In this document: piece after piece, positions 1-7,984 of the stretch | How the letters are laid out: the number at the start of each line of letters is the position of its first letter | Numbering within the stretch: the stretch's first letter is position 1 | The notes under the pieces: generated by a model | The model's database searches: none | Told to the model about the DNA's origin: nothing | What the model saw: the letters and a program-made list of their open reading frames with translations, nothing else | Translations under genes and position numbers: made by a program | Origin: a bacterium | GTDB lineage: Bacteria > Patescibacteriota > Minisyncoccia > Moranbacterales > UBA2206 | Direction: 5' to 3' | Length of the DNA: 64,000 nucleotides | NCBI GenBank assembly: GCA_029567195.1 | Contig: JAKQLJ010000023.1 | Location: 4,626-68,625 of the forward strand

Positions 1-100
1 ATTTACCCTGTTAAATACTGATATTTATAGGGTAAAATTTAACTAATAAGTTTATTCTTTTTTAGGCTTATTGGAGCATAAAACAGAATTATTTAACAGG

Positions 101-490
101 GTGAAATTCTCAACACGGGCTGAATATGGGCTCAAAGCCATGGTCAATTTGGCCAAAGACCATCCCGCGCAAAAAAGCATCAAGGAAATATCAAAAAGCA
201 AAGAAATTTCAGTGAAATATCTGGAACGTCTTATCAATGAACTGCGAAAAAGCGATCTGGTCAAAAGTCAGCGCGGGAAAAATGGGGGATACATGCTTGC
301 TAAAAAACCGTCACTTATGAAAGTCGGCGAAATAATTGAAGTGGTAGAGGGTCCGATTGTTCCGATGAATTGTGCGGGAAAGAAATGTGCCATGCTTAAT
401 AAATGTTCGTCGCAAATAGTTGTCTGGAACAAAGTCGGAGAGCAGATAAAAAAAACATTATATGGGATAAAATTAAGTGATTTAATATAA
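101..490 (+). CDS. Rrf2-family transcriptional regulator (IscR-like), first gene of an Fe-S cluster operon
   Basis: ORF track 71..490. The winged-helix signature VKFSTRAEYGLKAMVNLA...ISVKYLERLINELRKSDLVKSQRGKNGGY is typical of Rrf2. The family N-terminus aligns with the in-frame GTG at 101 rather than the TTG at 71. It lies directly upstream of the cysteine desulfurase and IscU genes. Confidence 0.85.
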   Translation: MKFSTRAEYGLKAMVNLAKDHPAQKSIKEISKSKEISVKYLERLINELRKSDLVKSQRGKNGGYMLAKKPSLMKVGEIIEVVEGPIVPMNCAGKKCAMLNKCSSQIVVWNKVGEQIKKTLYGIKLSDLI

Positions 491-494
491 AAAA

Positions 495-643
495 CGTCAT
501 CCTGAGGATTTTGACATTACGTCGGAGGACGAAGGATCTATAAATGGTTATTTATAGTTTTGCAATAAATCGTAAAACTATTGATAACACAAAATAGATC
601 CTTCACTCTTCTCCGCCAATGGCGGATTGAGTTCAGGATGACG
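495..643. repeat. GC-rich composite palindromic intergenic repeat (MITE/REP-like), copy 1
   Basis: Terminal inverted repeats are cgtcatcctga (495-505) and tcaggatgacg (633-643). Subterminal inverted repeats are gaaggatcta (531-540) and tagatccttc (595-604). It fills the rrf2-iscS spacer, and its termini resemble the copy at 1912-2040. Confidence 0.7.
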
Positions 644-657
644 GGGTATTAATTTTT

Positions 658-1911
658 ATGAAACAAATATATCTCGACCACGGGGCGACGACCCCGGTTG
701 ATAAAAAAGTTTTAGCTTCTATGCTTCCGTATTTCAGCGAGAAATACGGCAATGCCATGTCACTTCATGAATTTGGCAATGAAGCCAATAAAGCTTTGGA
801 AAAAGCCAGAAAAAGCGCGGCTGATTTTTTTGGTGCTGATAAAGAAGAAATAATCTTTACTTCTGGCGCGACTGAATCCAATAATTTGGTGGTAAAAGGC
901 GTATTGCGAGCATATTATGATAATATTCGTTCCAATTTGCCTAAAATTAGTTCTAATTTGCGAGTTCCTCATATCATCACTACCGCCTTTGAACATCATT
1001 GTGTTTTGGATGCTTGCAAAGCAGCTCAGAAAGAAAATTTGGCCGAAGTGACTTTCATAAAACCCAACAAGGAAGGAATAATTTTCACGGAAGATGTAAA
1101 AAAGGCGATAAAGCCCAACACCATTTTGGTTTCAGTTATGTATGTCAACAACGAAATCGGCACTGTCCAGCCAATCGCGGAAATCGGAAAATTAATTAAG
1201 AATTACAATTCCAAATTACCAATTACTAATTACAAATTACTTTTTCATACTGATGCAACACAGGCGATAAATTATTTTAATTGTAATGTCAATAAGCTCG
1301 GCGTGGATTTGCTTTCTATGTCAGCTCATAAAATTTATGGCCCGAAAGGCGTTGGCGCCCTTTATATCAGAAAAGGAACAGCTATAAAGCAGGTGATGGA
1401 CGGTGGAGGGCAGGAAGGCGGAAAAAGAGCCGGCACGCACAATGTGCCGGGAATTGTCGGGCTTGGAACAGCAATATCAATGATCAATGATCAAGGAACA
1501 AAAAATAAGAAAAATGAAATATTAAAATTAAGAAATTATCTGATAGATAAAATTTTGAAAGAAATTCCGAAAACAAGACTTAACGGATCGAAAATAAAAC
1601 GTTCGCCGAATAATGCCAATTTTTCTTTTCAAAATGTAGAAGGGGAGAGTCTCCTTATAATGCTGGATGCGGAAGGAATTGCGGCTTCTACCGGCAGCGC
1701 CTGTTCGTCCGGCTCTCTTTCGCCGTCCCATGTGCTTTTGTCTCTCGGAATGAAAGCGGAAGAAGCTCATGGATCGCTCAGATTGACGCTGGGGAAAAAC
1801 ACGACCAAGAAGGAAATAGAATATACCATTTCAAAATTAAAAAACATTATCGAAAAACTCAGGAAAGTTTCAGGGAATGTTTTGGGGGATTATTACCAAG
1901 CTAAAAAATGA
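658..1911 (+). CDS. iscS: Cysteine desulfurase (class V aminotransferase, IscS/NifS type)
   Basis: IYLDHGATTP N-terminus, PLP-lysine motif SAHKIYGPKGVGALY, and active-site loop STGSACSS. It is flanked by the Rrf2 and IscU genes. Confidence 0.92.
   Translation: MKQIYLDHGATTPVDKKVLASMLPYFSEKYGNAMSLHEFGNEANKALEKARKSAADFFGADKEEIIFTSGATESNNLVVKGVLRAYYDNIRSNLPKISSNLRVPHIITTAFEHHCVLDACKAAQKENLAEVTFIKPNKEGIIFTEDVKKAIKPNTILVSVMYVNNEIGTVQPIAEIGKLIKNYNSKLPITNYKLLFHTDATQAINYFNCNVNKLGVDLLSMSAHKIYGPKGVGALYIRKGTAIKQVMDGGGQEGGKRAGTHNVPGIVGLGTAISMINDQGTKNKKNEILKLRNYLIDKILKEIPKTRLNGSKIKRSPNNANFSFQNVEGESLLIMLDAEGIAASTGSACSSGSLSPSHVLLSLGMKAEEAHGSLRLTLGKNTTKKEIEYTISKLKNIIEKLRKVSGNVLGDYYQAKK
1201..1240. repeat. 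AT-rich heptamer tandem array inside iscS
   Basis: aattaca attccaa attacca attacta attacaa attac. Period 7, about 5.5 units, encoding NYNSKLPITNYKL between conserved blocks. Confidence 0.75.
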
Positions 1912-2040
1912 CGCGAAGCGTCATCCTCGCGCCCGCCTGCCGGCGAGGCAGGTAGGCGGGGATCCAATCTGGTTTATTAAATTTATACACTAGATTCCCG
2001 CTGGAGTTTACCCCGCGCTTGATGCGGGGCGGGAATGACA
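1912..2040. repeat. GC-rich composite palindromic intergenic repeat, copy 2
   Basis: Begins ..cgtcatcctcgcg and ends ..gcggggcgggaatgaca. Contains the hairpins cccgcctgcc/ggcaggtaggcggg and ccccgcgcttgatgcgggg and the central motif ctagattcccgc shared with copy 3 at 20816-20913 (copy 4 at 38371-38490 carries only a divergent ctggattccc). Confidence 0.75.
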
Positions 2041-2073
2041 AATATAATTATTAATTTAAACATCACATAATAT

Positions 2074-2454
2074 ATGTATTCAAAAAAAGTTTTAGAACAT
2101 TTTACCCGTCCTCATAATCAGGGCGTGATAAAAAAAGCCGACGGTGTCGGCATTGTGGGCAATCCCACCTGCGGTGATTTAATGAAAATTTATATCCGTG
2201 TCAAAAAAGACAAAACAAAAGGGGAAGTGATAAACGATATAAAGTTTGAAACTTTGGGTTGCGCTTCGGCTATCGCTACCTCTTCCATGATTACCGATTT
2301 AGCCAAAGGGAGGACTCTTCATGAAGCAATGAAAATTTCTCGTGATGACGTAGCGGATGCCTTGGAAGGTTTGCCGCCAATCAAAATGCATTGCAGCAAT
2401 TTGGCGGCTGATGGGCTTCATGCGGCCATCAAAGATTATAAGAATAAAAAGTAA
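2074..2454 (+). CDS. iscU: Fe-S cluster assembly scaffold IscU/NifU-like
   Basis: Conserved Cys motifs GNPTCGD, LGCASAIATSS and MHCSNLA. Confidence 0.93.
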   Translation: MYSKKVLEHFTRPHNQGVIKKADGVGIVGNPTCGDLMKIYIRVKKDKTKGEVINDIKFETLGCASAIATSSMITDLAKGRTLHEAMKISRDDVADALEGLPPIKMHCSNLAADGLHAAIKDYKNKK

Positions 2455-2568
2455 AAAATAGGGAAGACTGGTTAGCTTAAAAAAAGTGAGAAGAAGTCGC
2501 AATATTTATACAAATAAAAATAAAATTTTTTAAAAATTTTATTTCTTCATTGTAATATATAATGATCC

Positions 2569-2860
2569 AGGCATCGAAAAGGGAAGATGGATAATTTTTT
2601 ATTTGTTTTTGCCTTTTGATTCCGGTTCCTGTTTTTAAGGGAAATGCCGGGAGGGGAGGAAATATGAACAGTGTCGCACAATGTATCTTTTACGACATTT
2701 GGCATAACCTCATGGGTCTTTCAAAAGAACCCGTCCTGGGATACATCTATGTATCCCTTACTCCCTTCATTTCTCGCAGAACCTAATTTTGGAAGCCGTT
2801 TCGGAAACGCTATAGGCTGTTATGCTCCCGCGTCGTTAGGTCATCGCTATTTTTTTTAAA
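2569..2860 (+). ncRNA. Candidate structured RNA of unknown class (alternatively the mRNA of a 43-aa ORF at 2664-2795)
   Basis: A G+C-richer block sits in an extremely AT-rich spacer. A tataat box lies at 2557-2562. A 21-nt long-range pairing joins 2639-2659 (gggaaatgccgggaggggagg) to 2755-2775 (cccttactcccttcatttctc). Local hairpins lie at 2714-2732 and 2738-2757. The block ends in a T-run at 2851-2858, and no + strand gene follows. Confidence 0.3.
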
Positions 2861-2960
2861 AATATTTTTTAAATTTTTTCAAAAATAATTTTTTAAAATA
2901 TAAATATAATAGTTTTTATTTAATACAAAATACTCCGAGTAAAATATTTCTTGAAAATAA

Positions 2961-2994
2961 AAAAACAACCAGAATAACAGCGGTTGTTTTTTTT
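2961..2994. terminator. Bidirectional intrinsic terminator
   Basis: aaaaacaacc-agaataacagc-ggttgtttttttt. The stem is flanked by an A-run and a T-run. It lies downstream of the minus-strand gene 3053..4384. Confidence 0.7.
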
Positions 2995-3052
2995 ATCTAT
3001 TTTTATGTTTTGAATGTTTGGTTAATACCAAGGCTATATTACCTCTCCCCTA

Positions 3053-4384
3053 TTATTTGTATATAATCATTTGGTCAATGGCGACCTTACTGTCAACTCC
3101 GATTTTTCCCACTAATGATTTAGAAGTGCCAAGATAGAGATTGGAACCAAAATATGGATCATGAACAATATAATCTTTTTTATCTTTGCCGGTGACCACC
3201 ACATAGTGTCCTCCTCGGCCGTTGGTTTTTTTAATGTAAACTATGACAGGATTGCCTTTTTTAATTTCGCTGTCAATAGTGGACCATTTTATATTGCCAT
3301 GGGAAACGGAAGAAGAAAGGGAAATTCCAGGACTCCAGGTGGCTGGCCATTTGATAAGATCATAATAAAATATTTTTTCGCGGCACATTTTTCCCGGATC
3401 AGTGCTAGCTCCGTTTTTTTTGAAAACCATAGCGACAGAAGTGACGGCACAACCATAATCTTTCATAAGAGAAGAAGAATTTCCGATTTTTTTATTTCCC
3501 CAACGTGAATCTTTTTGGGAAAAATACCAGGAAGTAGAAGCCAAATTATCTTTGGGTTTGGGATATTTGCTTACACTGGCGCTGACTTCATCCAGGTTGC
3601 CGGCTTCGGAAAAATTGAAAAGTTCCTGTTTTTGTTCCTCCACTCGAGCCAAGAGTCCGCGGTATTTTTCTTCCTCTCCCTGTGTTTGAGTGAGAAGATT
3701 TTGCTTTTGCCGCTCGGTATATTGGAGGTCAGCTTTTTTATCCGCCAATTCTTCTTTGAGATCTAAATTTTTCTGCATATCTTCGTCCAACTCTTTTTTG
3801 TCGTTTTCCAGTTCGCTTTTTGATTTTTCAATATCTGATAGAATTTCGGAAACTTTCGCTCCGGATTGTTCCAGATAATCTGATTGACTGAGAGTTTCGG
3901 AAAAATCCTTATTTATGATTACCAGCCCTAAAATTCCCTGCTGGTCGTATTCATAATATGATTGCATTAGTCCGGTAAGAATCTTTTTCTGCACATTTAT
4001 GTTCGCTTCTTTTTCTTTTATTGCTTCCTCTAAGTTTTCAATTCTTTTAGTCAGTTCATCCAATTCTTTTTGAGTCAGCTGAAGCTTGCTGTGAGTCTCC
4101 ATTTTTTCCTGATTTATTGAGTTCACCTGAGCAGCCAAAGTGCTTTCTTGTTTGTCTTTGAGTTTTATAATGCTTTCATACATTTCCGCTTTTTTGTCCA
4201 ATTTCTTGCAGTCTTCCTCGCAGTCATCCTGCTTATCTTCATCATCAGGATAACTGGCCTTGCATTGATCCTCGCAGGATTCGGCTTGGGTATAATTTTT
4301 TTCCAGAGTAAGAAAAGCCATGGCTAAAATGCCGAGGAATATCAATGAAAATAAGCTTATTTTATTTTTATCTTTTTTTATCAT
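3053..4384 (-). CDS. Secreted/membrane-anchored coiled-coil protein with a C-terminal C39-like cysteine peptidase domain (PcsB-like architecture, putative cell-wall hydrolase)
   Basis: N-terminal TM/signal segment, then about 200 aa of heptad-rich Glu/Lys/Leu sequence. The C-terminus YFSQKDSRWGN...DYGCAVTSVAMV...GGHYVVVTG...VHDP resembles the Peptidase_C39_2 Cys/His arrangement. Confidence 0.6.
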   Translation of the reverse strand: MIKKDKNKISLFSLIFLGILAMAFLTLEKNYTQAESCEDQCKASYPDDEDKQDDCEEDCKKLDKKAEMYESIIKLKDKQESTLAAQVNSINQEKMETHSKLQLTQKELDELTKRIENLEEAIKEKEANINVQKKILTGLMQSYYEYDQQGILGLVIINKDFSETLSQSDYLEQSGAKVSEILSDIEKSKSELENDKKELDEDMQKNLDLKEELADKKADLQYTERQKQNLLTQTQGEEEKYRGLLARVEEQKQELFNFSEAGNLDEVSASVSKYPKPKDNLASTSWYFSQKDSRWGNKKIGNSSSLMKDYGCAVTSVAMVFKKNGASTDPGKMCREKIFYYDLIKWPATWSPGISLSSSVSHGNIKWSTIDSEIKKGNPVIVYIKKTNGRGGHYVVVTGKDKKDYIVHDPYFGSNLYLGTSKSLVGKIGVDSKVAIDQMIIYK

Positions 4385-4392
4385 TTTTTATC

Positions 4393-5946
4393 CTATAAAG
4401 ACAAGGCTTTTTTTATTCTTTTTATGCTTTCCTCTTTACCCAGGACCCAGGCTACTTCAAAAGGCGAAGGTGATTTCTGCTGCCCGGTGAGAGCGGCCCG
4501 AAGTGGCCAAAGCAAATCTCCTTTTTTATCTCCGGCTGCTTCCACTAGCAGTTTCTCCAAATTTTCTTTAGTCCACAAAGGATCAGAAATTTCAGTTAAA
4601 ATATCCAATGATTTTTGAAGCGATGCTTTCAAATTTTCATCGCTCATTTCTTTCCAACGCAAAAGATTTTTATCATAATCTATGTCGCTTACAAAAAAGA
4701 AAATATTGTTCTCCCCCACTCCGGATAAATTTATCAGGCGATCGCGTTCAACGGTTAAGACTTTTTTAATATAATCTCCTTTTTCTTTGTTGTTCTTTCT
4801 TTGTTGTTCTTTGTCCCAGATATTATAAAATTCTTTCTGTCGCCAAAATTCCAATGATCGTTCATAGAGTTCATCAATGGATAATTTTTTGATCCATTGG
4901 GAATTTATCCAGTCGAGTTTTTGGATATCAAATACCGCGCCGCCTTTGTGGACGCAGGAAAGATCAAATTTTTGAGTGAGTTCTTCGAGGGTAAAAATTT
5001 CCTGAGTCGATCCTTCGCCTGGATTCCACCCTAAAAATATTACAAAATTAATGATAGCTTCCTTTAGATAACCTTTCTTGATGTAGTCTTCCACAGCCAC
5101 GTCACCTTGTCTTTTGGAAAGTTTTGATCTGTCGGTGTTGAGAAGCAGGGGCACATGGGCGAATTGCGGCGGTTCCCAGCCAAAATATCTATATAGAATC
5201 AAGTGTTTGGGAGCGCTGGAAAGCCATTCTTCTCCGCGGATGACGTGGGTTATTTTCATTTCGTGGTCGTCAACGACATTGGCCAAATGATAGGTGGGAT
5301 AGCCGTCGGATTTCAAAAGCACCTGGTCGTCAACAAGATTAGTATCAAATTTTACTTTTCCTCTTATAATATCATCAAATTCAATCATTTCATCTTTGGG
5401 CATCTTGAGGCGGATAGTATAAGGGCAATTACTTTTAAGTTTTTTATTCACTTCTTCGGGAGTTACGTTCCGCAGACAATATTGGTCGTAGATTGGCGGC
5501 TGTTTCTTGGCCTGTTGATCACGTCTCATCTCTTCCAGTCTTTCCGGTTCGCAGAAACAATAATAAGCGTGGCCGTCTTTCACCAATGTTTCCGCATATT
5601 TTTTATAAACTTCCAGTTTTTCTGATTGGATGTATGGTCCATACTCCCCTATCTCTATGATTCCTTTATAAGATTTTGAATCATAGAATTTGGAATTTGG
5701 AATTTGGAATTTGGAATCTTTTTGAAAAACTCCTTCTGTATAATTAACATCAGCCCAATTTAAAACGTTTATCAAACTTTCAAGCGCGCCCGTAACAAAT
5801 CTTTTTTGATCAGTATCTTCTATGCGCAACACAAAATCACCGTCATTTTTTTTGGCGAATAAGTAATCATATAAAGCGCTTCGGAAATTTCCGATATGCA
5901 TAAATCCGGTTGGTGATGGCGCAAATCTAACGCGTGGTTTTGTCAT
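4393..5946 (-). CDS. gltX: Glutamyl-tRNA synthetase
   Basis: RFAPSPTGFMHIGNFRSAL (HIGH region), LRIEDTD, and KLSKRQG (KMSKS region). Confidence 0.93.
   Translation of the reverse strand: MTKPRVRFAPSPTGFMHIGNFRSALYDYLFAKKNDGDFVLRIEDTDQKRFVTGALESLINVLNWADVNYTEGVFQKDSKFQIPNSKFYDSKSYKGIIEIGEYGPYIQSEKLEVYKKYAETLVKDGHAYYCFCEPERLEEMRRDQQAKKQPPIYDQYCLRNVTPEEVNKKLKSNCPYTIRLKMPKDEMIEFDDIIRGKVKFDTNLVDDQVLLKSDGYPTYHLANVVDDHEMKITHVIRGEEWLSSAPKHLILYRYFGWEPPQFAHVPLLLNTDRSKLSKRQGDVAVEDYIKKGYLKEAIINFVIFLGWNPGEGSTQEIFTLEELTQKFDLSCVHKGGAVFDIQKLDWINSQWIKKLSIDELYERSLEFWRQKEFYNIWDKEQQRKNNKEKGDYIKKVLTVERDRLINLSGVGENNIFFFVSDIDYDKNLLRWKEMSDENLKASLQKSLDILTEISDPLWTKENLEKLLVEAAGDKKGDLLWPLRAALTGQQKSPSPFEVAWVLGKEESIKRIKKALSL
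5686..5717. repeat. Heptamer tandem array (gaatttg x4.5) inside gltX
   Basis: gaatttg gaatttg gaatttg gaatttg gaatc. On the coding strand it encodes SKFQIPNSKF within an insertion between conserved blocks. Confidence 0.85.
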
Positions 5947-6066
5947 TCTTTATGAACTACTAATTTCGTAAAAATATACGAATCTTATAGTATTATTTTA
6001 TTTTCATATTAAACTTTTTTCTCATTTCAACATGTTCTTTTTCAACTAATTTTATGTTTAAATTAT

Positions 6067-6783
6067 TCATCTATTTAAAATTATTTTTATTGGAAAAACA
6101 ACTACTGCGTTCCATATCCTTTTTAGCCTTTTAGGCTGAAGTATCAAGCGCCAGAGCCATTCAAGTCCCATTAGGCGCCAAAAACATGGAGCGCGGCGGA
6201 CATATCCCGTGAGAAAATCAAAACTTCCACCTACTCCCATGGCTAGCCTTATTCTATCATTATTTTGTCTTGCGATAAAGGTTTCCTGATAAGGCGCTCC
6301 AAAATTGCAAAAAACTATCTGGCAGCTGGAGCTCATGATCTGATATGCGCTGTCTTTTGTGTCTATGTCGTCCCCGTCGACTATCAAATTCGGATAAAAT
6401 TTAGCGATAGCATTCCGCGTTTCTTCCCAAGTACTGAGTCCGTCTTTTTTTGCTGCCAAAAATATGCTCAATTTTTCCTTGTTGGCCAGTCTGATAATCT
6501 TTTCCATAAGGTCGGCTCCGGCTATCCGGCATTTGAGGTGTCTGCCATATCGCCAAAAAGCAAATTTTATTCCCATGCCGTCAGCAATGTTTAGATCGCA
6601 GCTGTTCAGTATATTCCTGAATTCCTGGTTTTTCTGGGCTTCCATGATAAACTCCGGATTGATAGTGGCGATTTGATGGAATTTTGGTTCAGACAAAAAA
6701 ATTTTAATTTTTTCCAACGTTTCTTTTTTGCTAAAATCGTCAATTTTTATTCCCAAAATATCAAATTTGCTTCTTGTGTCCAT
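6067..6783 (-). CDS. WecG/TagA/CpsF-family glycosyltransferase
   Basis: TINPEFIMEA...NIADGMGI...GVGGSFDFLTG...RAP...GLEWLWRL..QPKRLKR is the characteristic family pattern. Confidence 0.85.
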   Translation of the reverse strand: MDTRSKFDILGIKIDDFSKKETLEKIKIFLSEPKFHQIATINPEFIMEAQKNQEFRNILNSCDLNIADGMGIKFAFWRYGRHLKCRIAGADLMEKIIRLANKEKLSIFLAAKKDGLSTWEETRNAIAKFYPNLIVDGDDIDTKDSAYQIMSSSCQIVFCNFGAPYQETFIARQNNDRIRLAMGVGGSFDFLTGYVRRAPCFWRLMGLEWLWRLILQPKRLKRIWNAVVVFPIKIILNR

Positions 6784-6811
6784 ATGTGGTTATAAGGAAA
6801 TATATTATATT

Positions 6812-7207
6812 TCACTGAAGGATGTTTTTTAAAAGTCTATGTGCGGGGTATTTGTCGAGCAAGCTTTTTTCAAAATTCTTATTTCCAGTTTTTGTTCGCT
6901 TAAGGCAATTTTCAATCCATTTTTCATAGTCCTTTTTTCCATTATGCAGCCATTGATCGGTTTTAGTGATTGTTTGATTGCTTGCCTTGACTCGTTTTCT
7001 TATGGTTTCATAGCTGTCACCGCCTAGAAGCATTTTGGCAATTTGCAAGCGCCTAGCAAACATCAAAGTTTCACTGGGAGTAAGCAGTCCGATAAAAAAA
7101 TCAATCACCTCTTTCTTTGATTTTAAATTGGAAATTGTATTATAAAAATAACCGGTTATCTCCTGCTTTTCCTTTTGGCTTATCAAATGTGTTTTTACTT
7201 TTGACAT
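6812..7207 (-). CDS. TrpR/YerC-YecD family DNA-binding protein
   Basis: LLTPSETLMFARRLQIAKMLLGGDSYETIRKRVKASNQTITKTDQWL matches the YerC/TrpR helix-turn-helix pattern. The ATG at 7207 (MSKVKTH) is preferred over the 20-codon upstream extension in the ORF track. Confidence 0.7.
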   Translation of the reverse strand: MSKVKTHLISQKEKQEITGYFYNTISNLKSKKEVIDFFIGLLTPSETLMFARRLQIAKMLLGGDSYETIRKRVKASNQTITKTDQWLHNGKKDYEKWIENCLKRTKTGNKNFEKSLLDKYPAHRLLKNILQ

Positions 7208-7360
7208 TTTTATGGAATTATTTTTTCTTTCGCATCCATATAACCACATATGGACACAGCAGAACAATAATACGAAAATACGAAGAGTGTCTGTCTGATG
7301 GAAAAAATTAAAAAATGAAAAAGGGAGATATTGTTTTTTGCGTAAAAATATTTACAAAAT

Positions 7361-7903
7361 TTATTTTAACGGACAAGACTCAATGAGGGCATATTCGCTT
7401 TCCCCTTCTCCAAAACCGCTAGCCATTATGTCTACTGTTTCTGCGGTCACAAAAAGGGAAAATTTTTCAGAAATTTCCGGTTTTTCCGTCAAGTCTTCCC
7501 ACTTATGCTTTCTTATTCTTCCCAGGGTTATATGGGGGCGGAAAGATTTTTTGGGCGCCCGGAAAATGTCCAGTTCTTTTTCAATTTTTTCGTATAAATT
7601 TTTCAATTCTTCGCTGGGAGCGCCGGTAAGCCAGATCATTTTTGGATCATCTTTTTCCGGCGCTAATTCGATACGGTCAAATTCCAAATCAAAAATATTT
7701 TCTTCTTGAGCCGCTATTTTTACCTTTTCACAAACATCTTTGGTCGTTTCGTCGTCAATATAGCCCAAAAAGAACAAGGTAATGTGAAAATTGGCTTCTT
7801 TTACCCACTTCACCGGCAAATCAGACCATTTTTCTATTGTCTTTGTGAGCTCTTTTTTCGCTCTTTCGGGGATATTTATGGATATAAAAATTTTACGCTT
7901 CAT
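7361..7903 (-). CDS. thpR: RNA 2',3'-cyclic phosphodiesterase / 2'-5' RNA ligase (2H superfamily)
   Basis: Two H-x-T/S motifs: FHITLFFLG and PHITLGRI. Confidence 0.85.
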   Translation of the reverse strand: MKRKIFISINIPERAKKELTKTIEKWSDLPVKWVKEANFHITLFFLGYIDDETTKDVCEKVKIAAQEENIFDLEFDRIELAPEKDDPKMIWLTGAPSEELKNLYEKIEKELDIFRAPKKSFRPHITLGRIRKHKWEDLTEKPEISEKFSLFVTAETVDIMASGFGEGESEYALIESCPLK

Positions 7904-7984
7904 AGGATAAATAATAGCTTAAAACGGTCATTTTGGCAAAAAATAAAGGGCGATCAGCTAAATGTGCTAATCGCCTCGGGAAAT

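Noticed and set aside
2-36. 8-bp inverted repeat tttaccct..(19 nt)..agggtaaa, about 65 nt upstream of the Rrf2 gene. It could be an operator for autoregulation.
   Set aside because: It does not resemble the IscR type-1 or type-2 sites I know. It sits at the very edge of the window and could equally be the terminator of an upstream gene. It cannot be supported further.
2639-2666. ccgGGAGGGGAGGAAAtatg, preceded by a hairpin, looks like the P3-CR-I region (GGAGGGGAGGAAAGUCC) of RNase P RNA.
   Set aside because: The invariant GUCC is missing, there are no AGGGUGAAA or GGUAA elements, and the candidate is too short. A bona fide rnpB with GAGGAAAGTCCGGAC and ACAGAATCCGGCTTAT is present at 63151-63534 (minus strand).
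2860-3052. An extremely AT-rich spacer that might be a replication origin.
   Set aside because: No cluster of DnaA-box-like 9-mers (ttatccaca and variants) was seen, and dnaA/dnaN are not nearby. AT-richness alone is typical of intergenic DNA in this genome.
6812-7267. 20-codon N-terminal extension (MFCCVHMWLYGCERKNNSIK) of the TrpR/YerC-like gene. Similar extensions appear on rplU (23336-23386), the M23 peptidase (25679-25696), corA-like (16077-16088) and the PEGA protein (23473-23484).
   Set aside because: Internal ATGs with better context and family-consistent N-termini exist. The extensions are artefacts of a longest-ORF rule.
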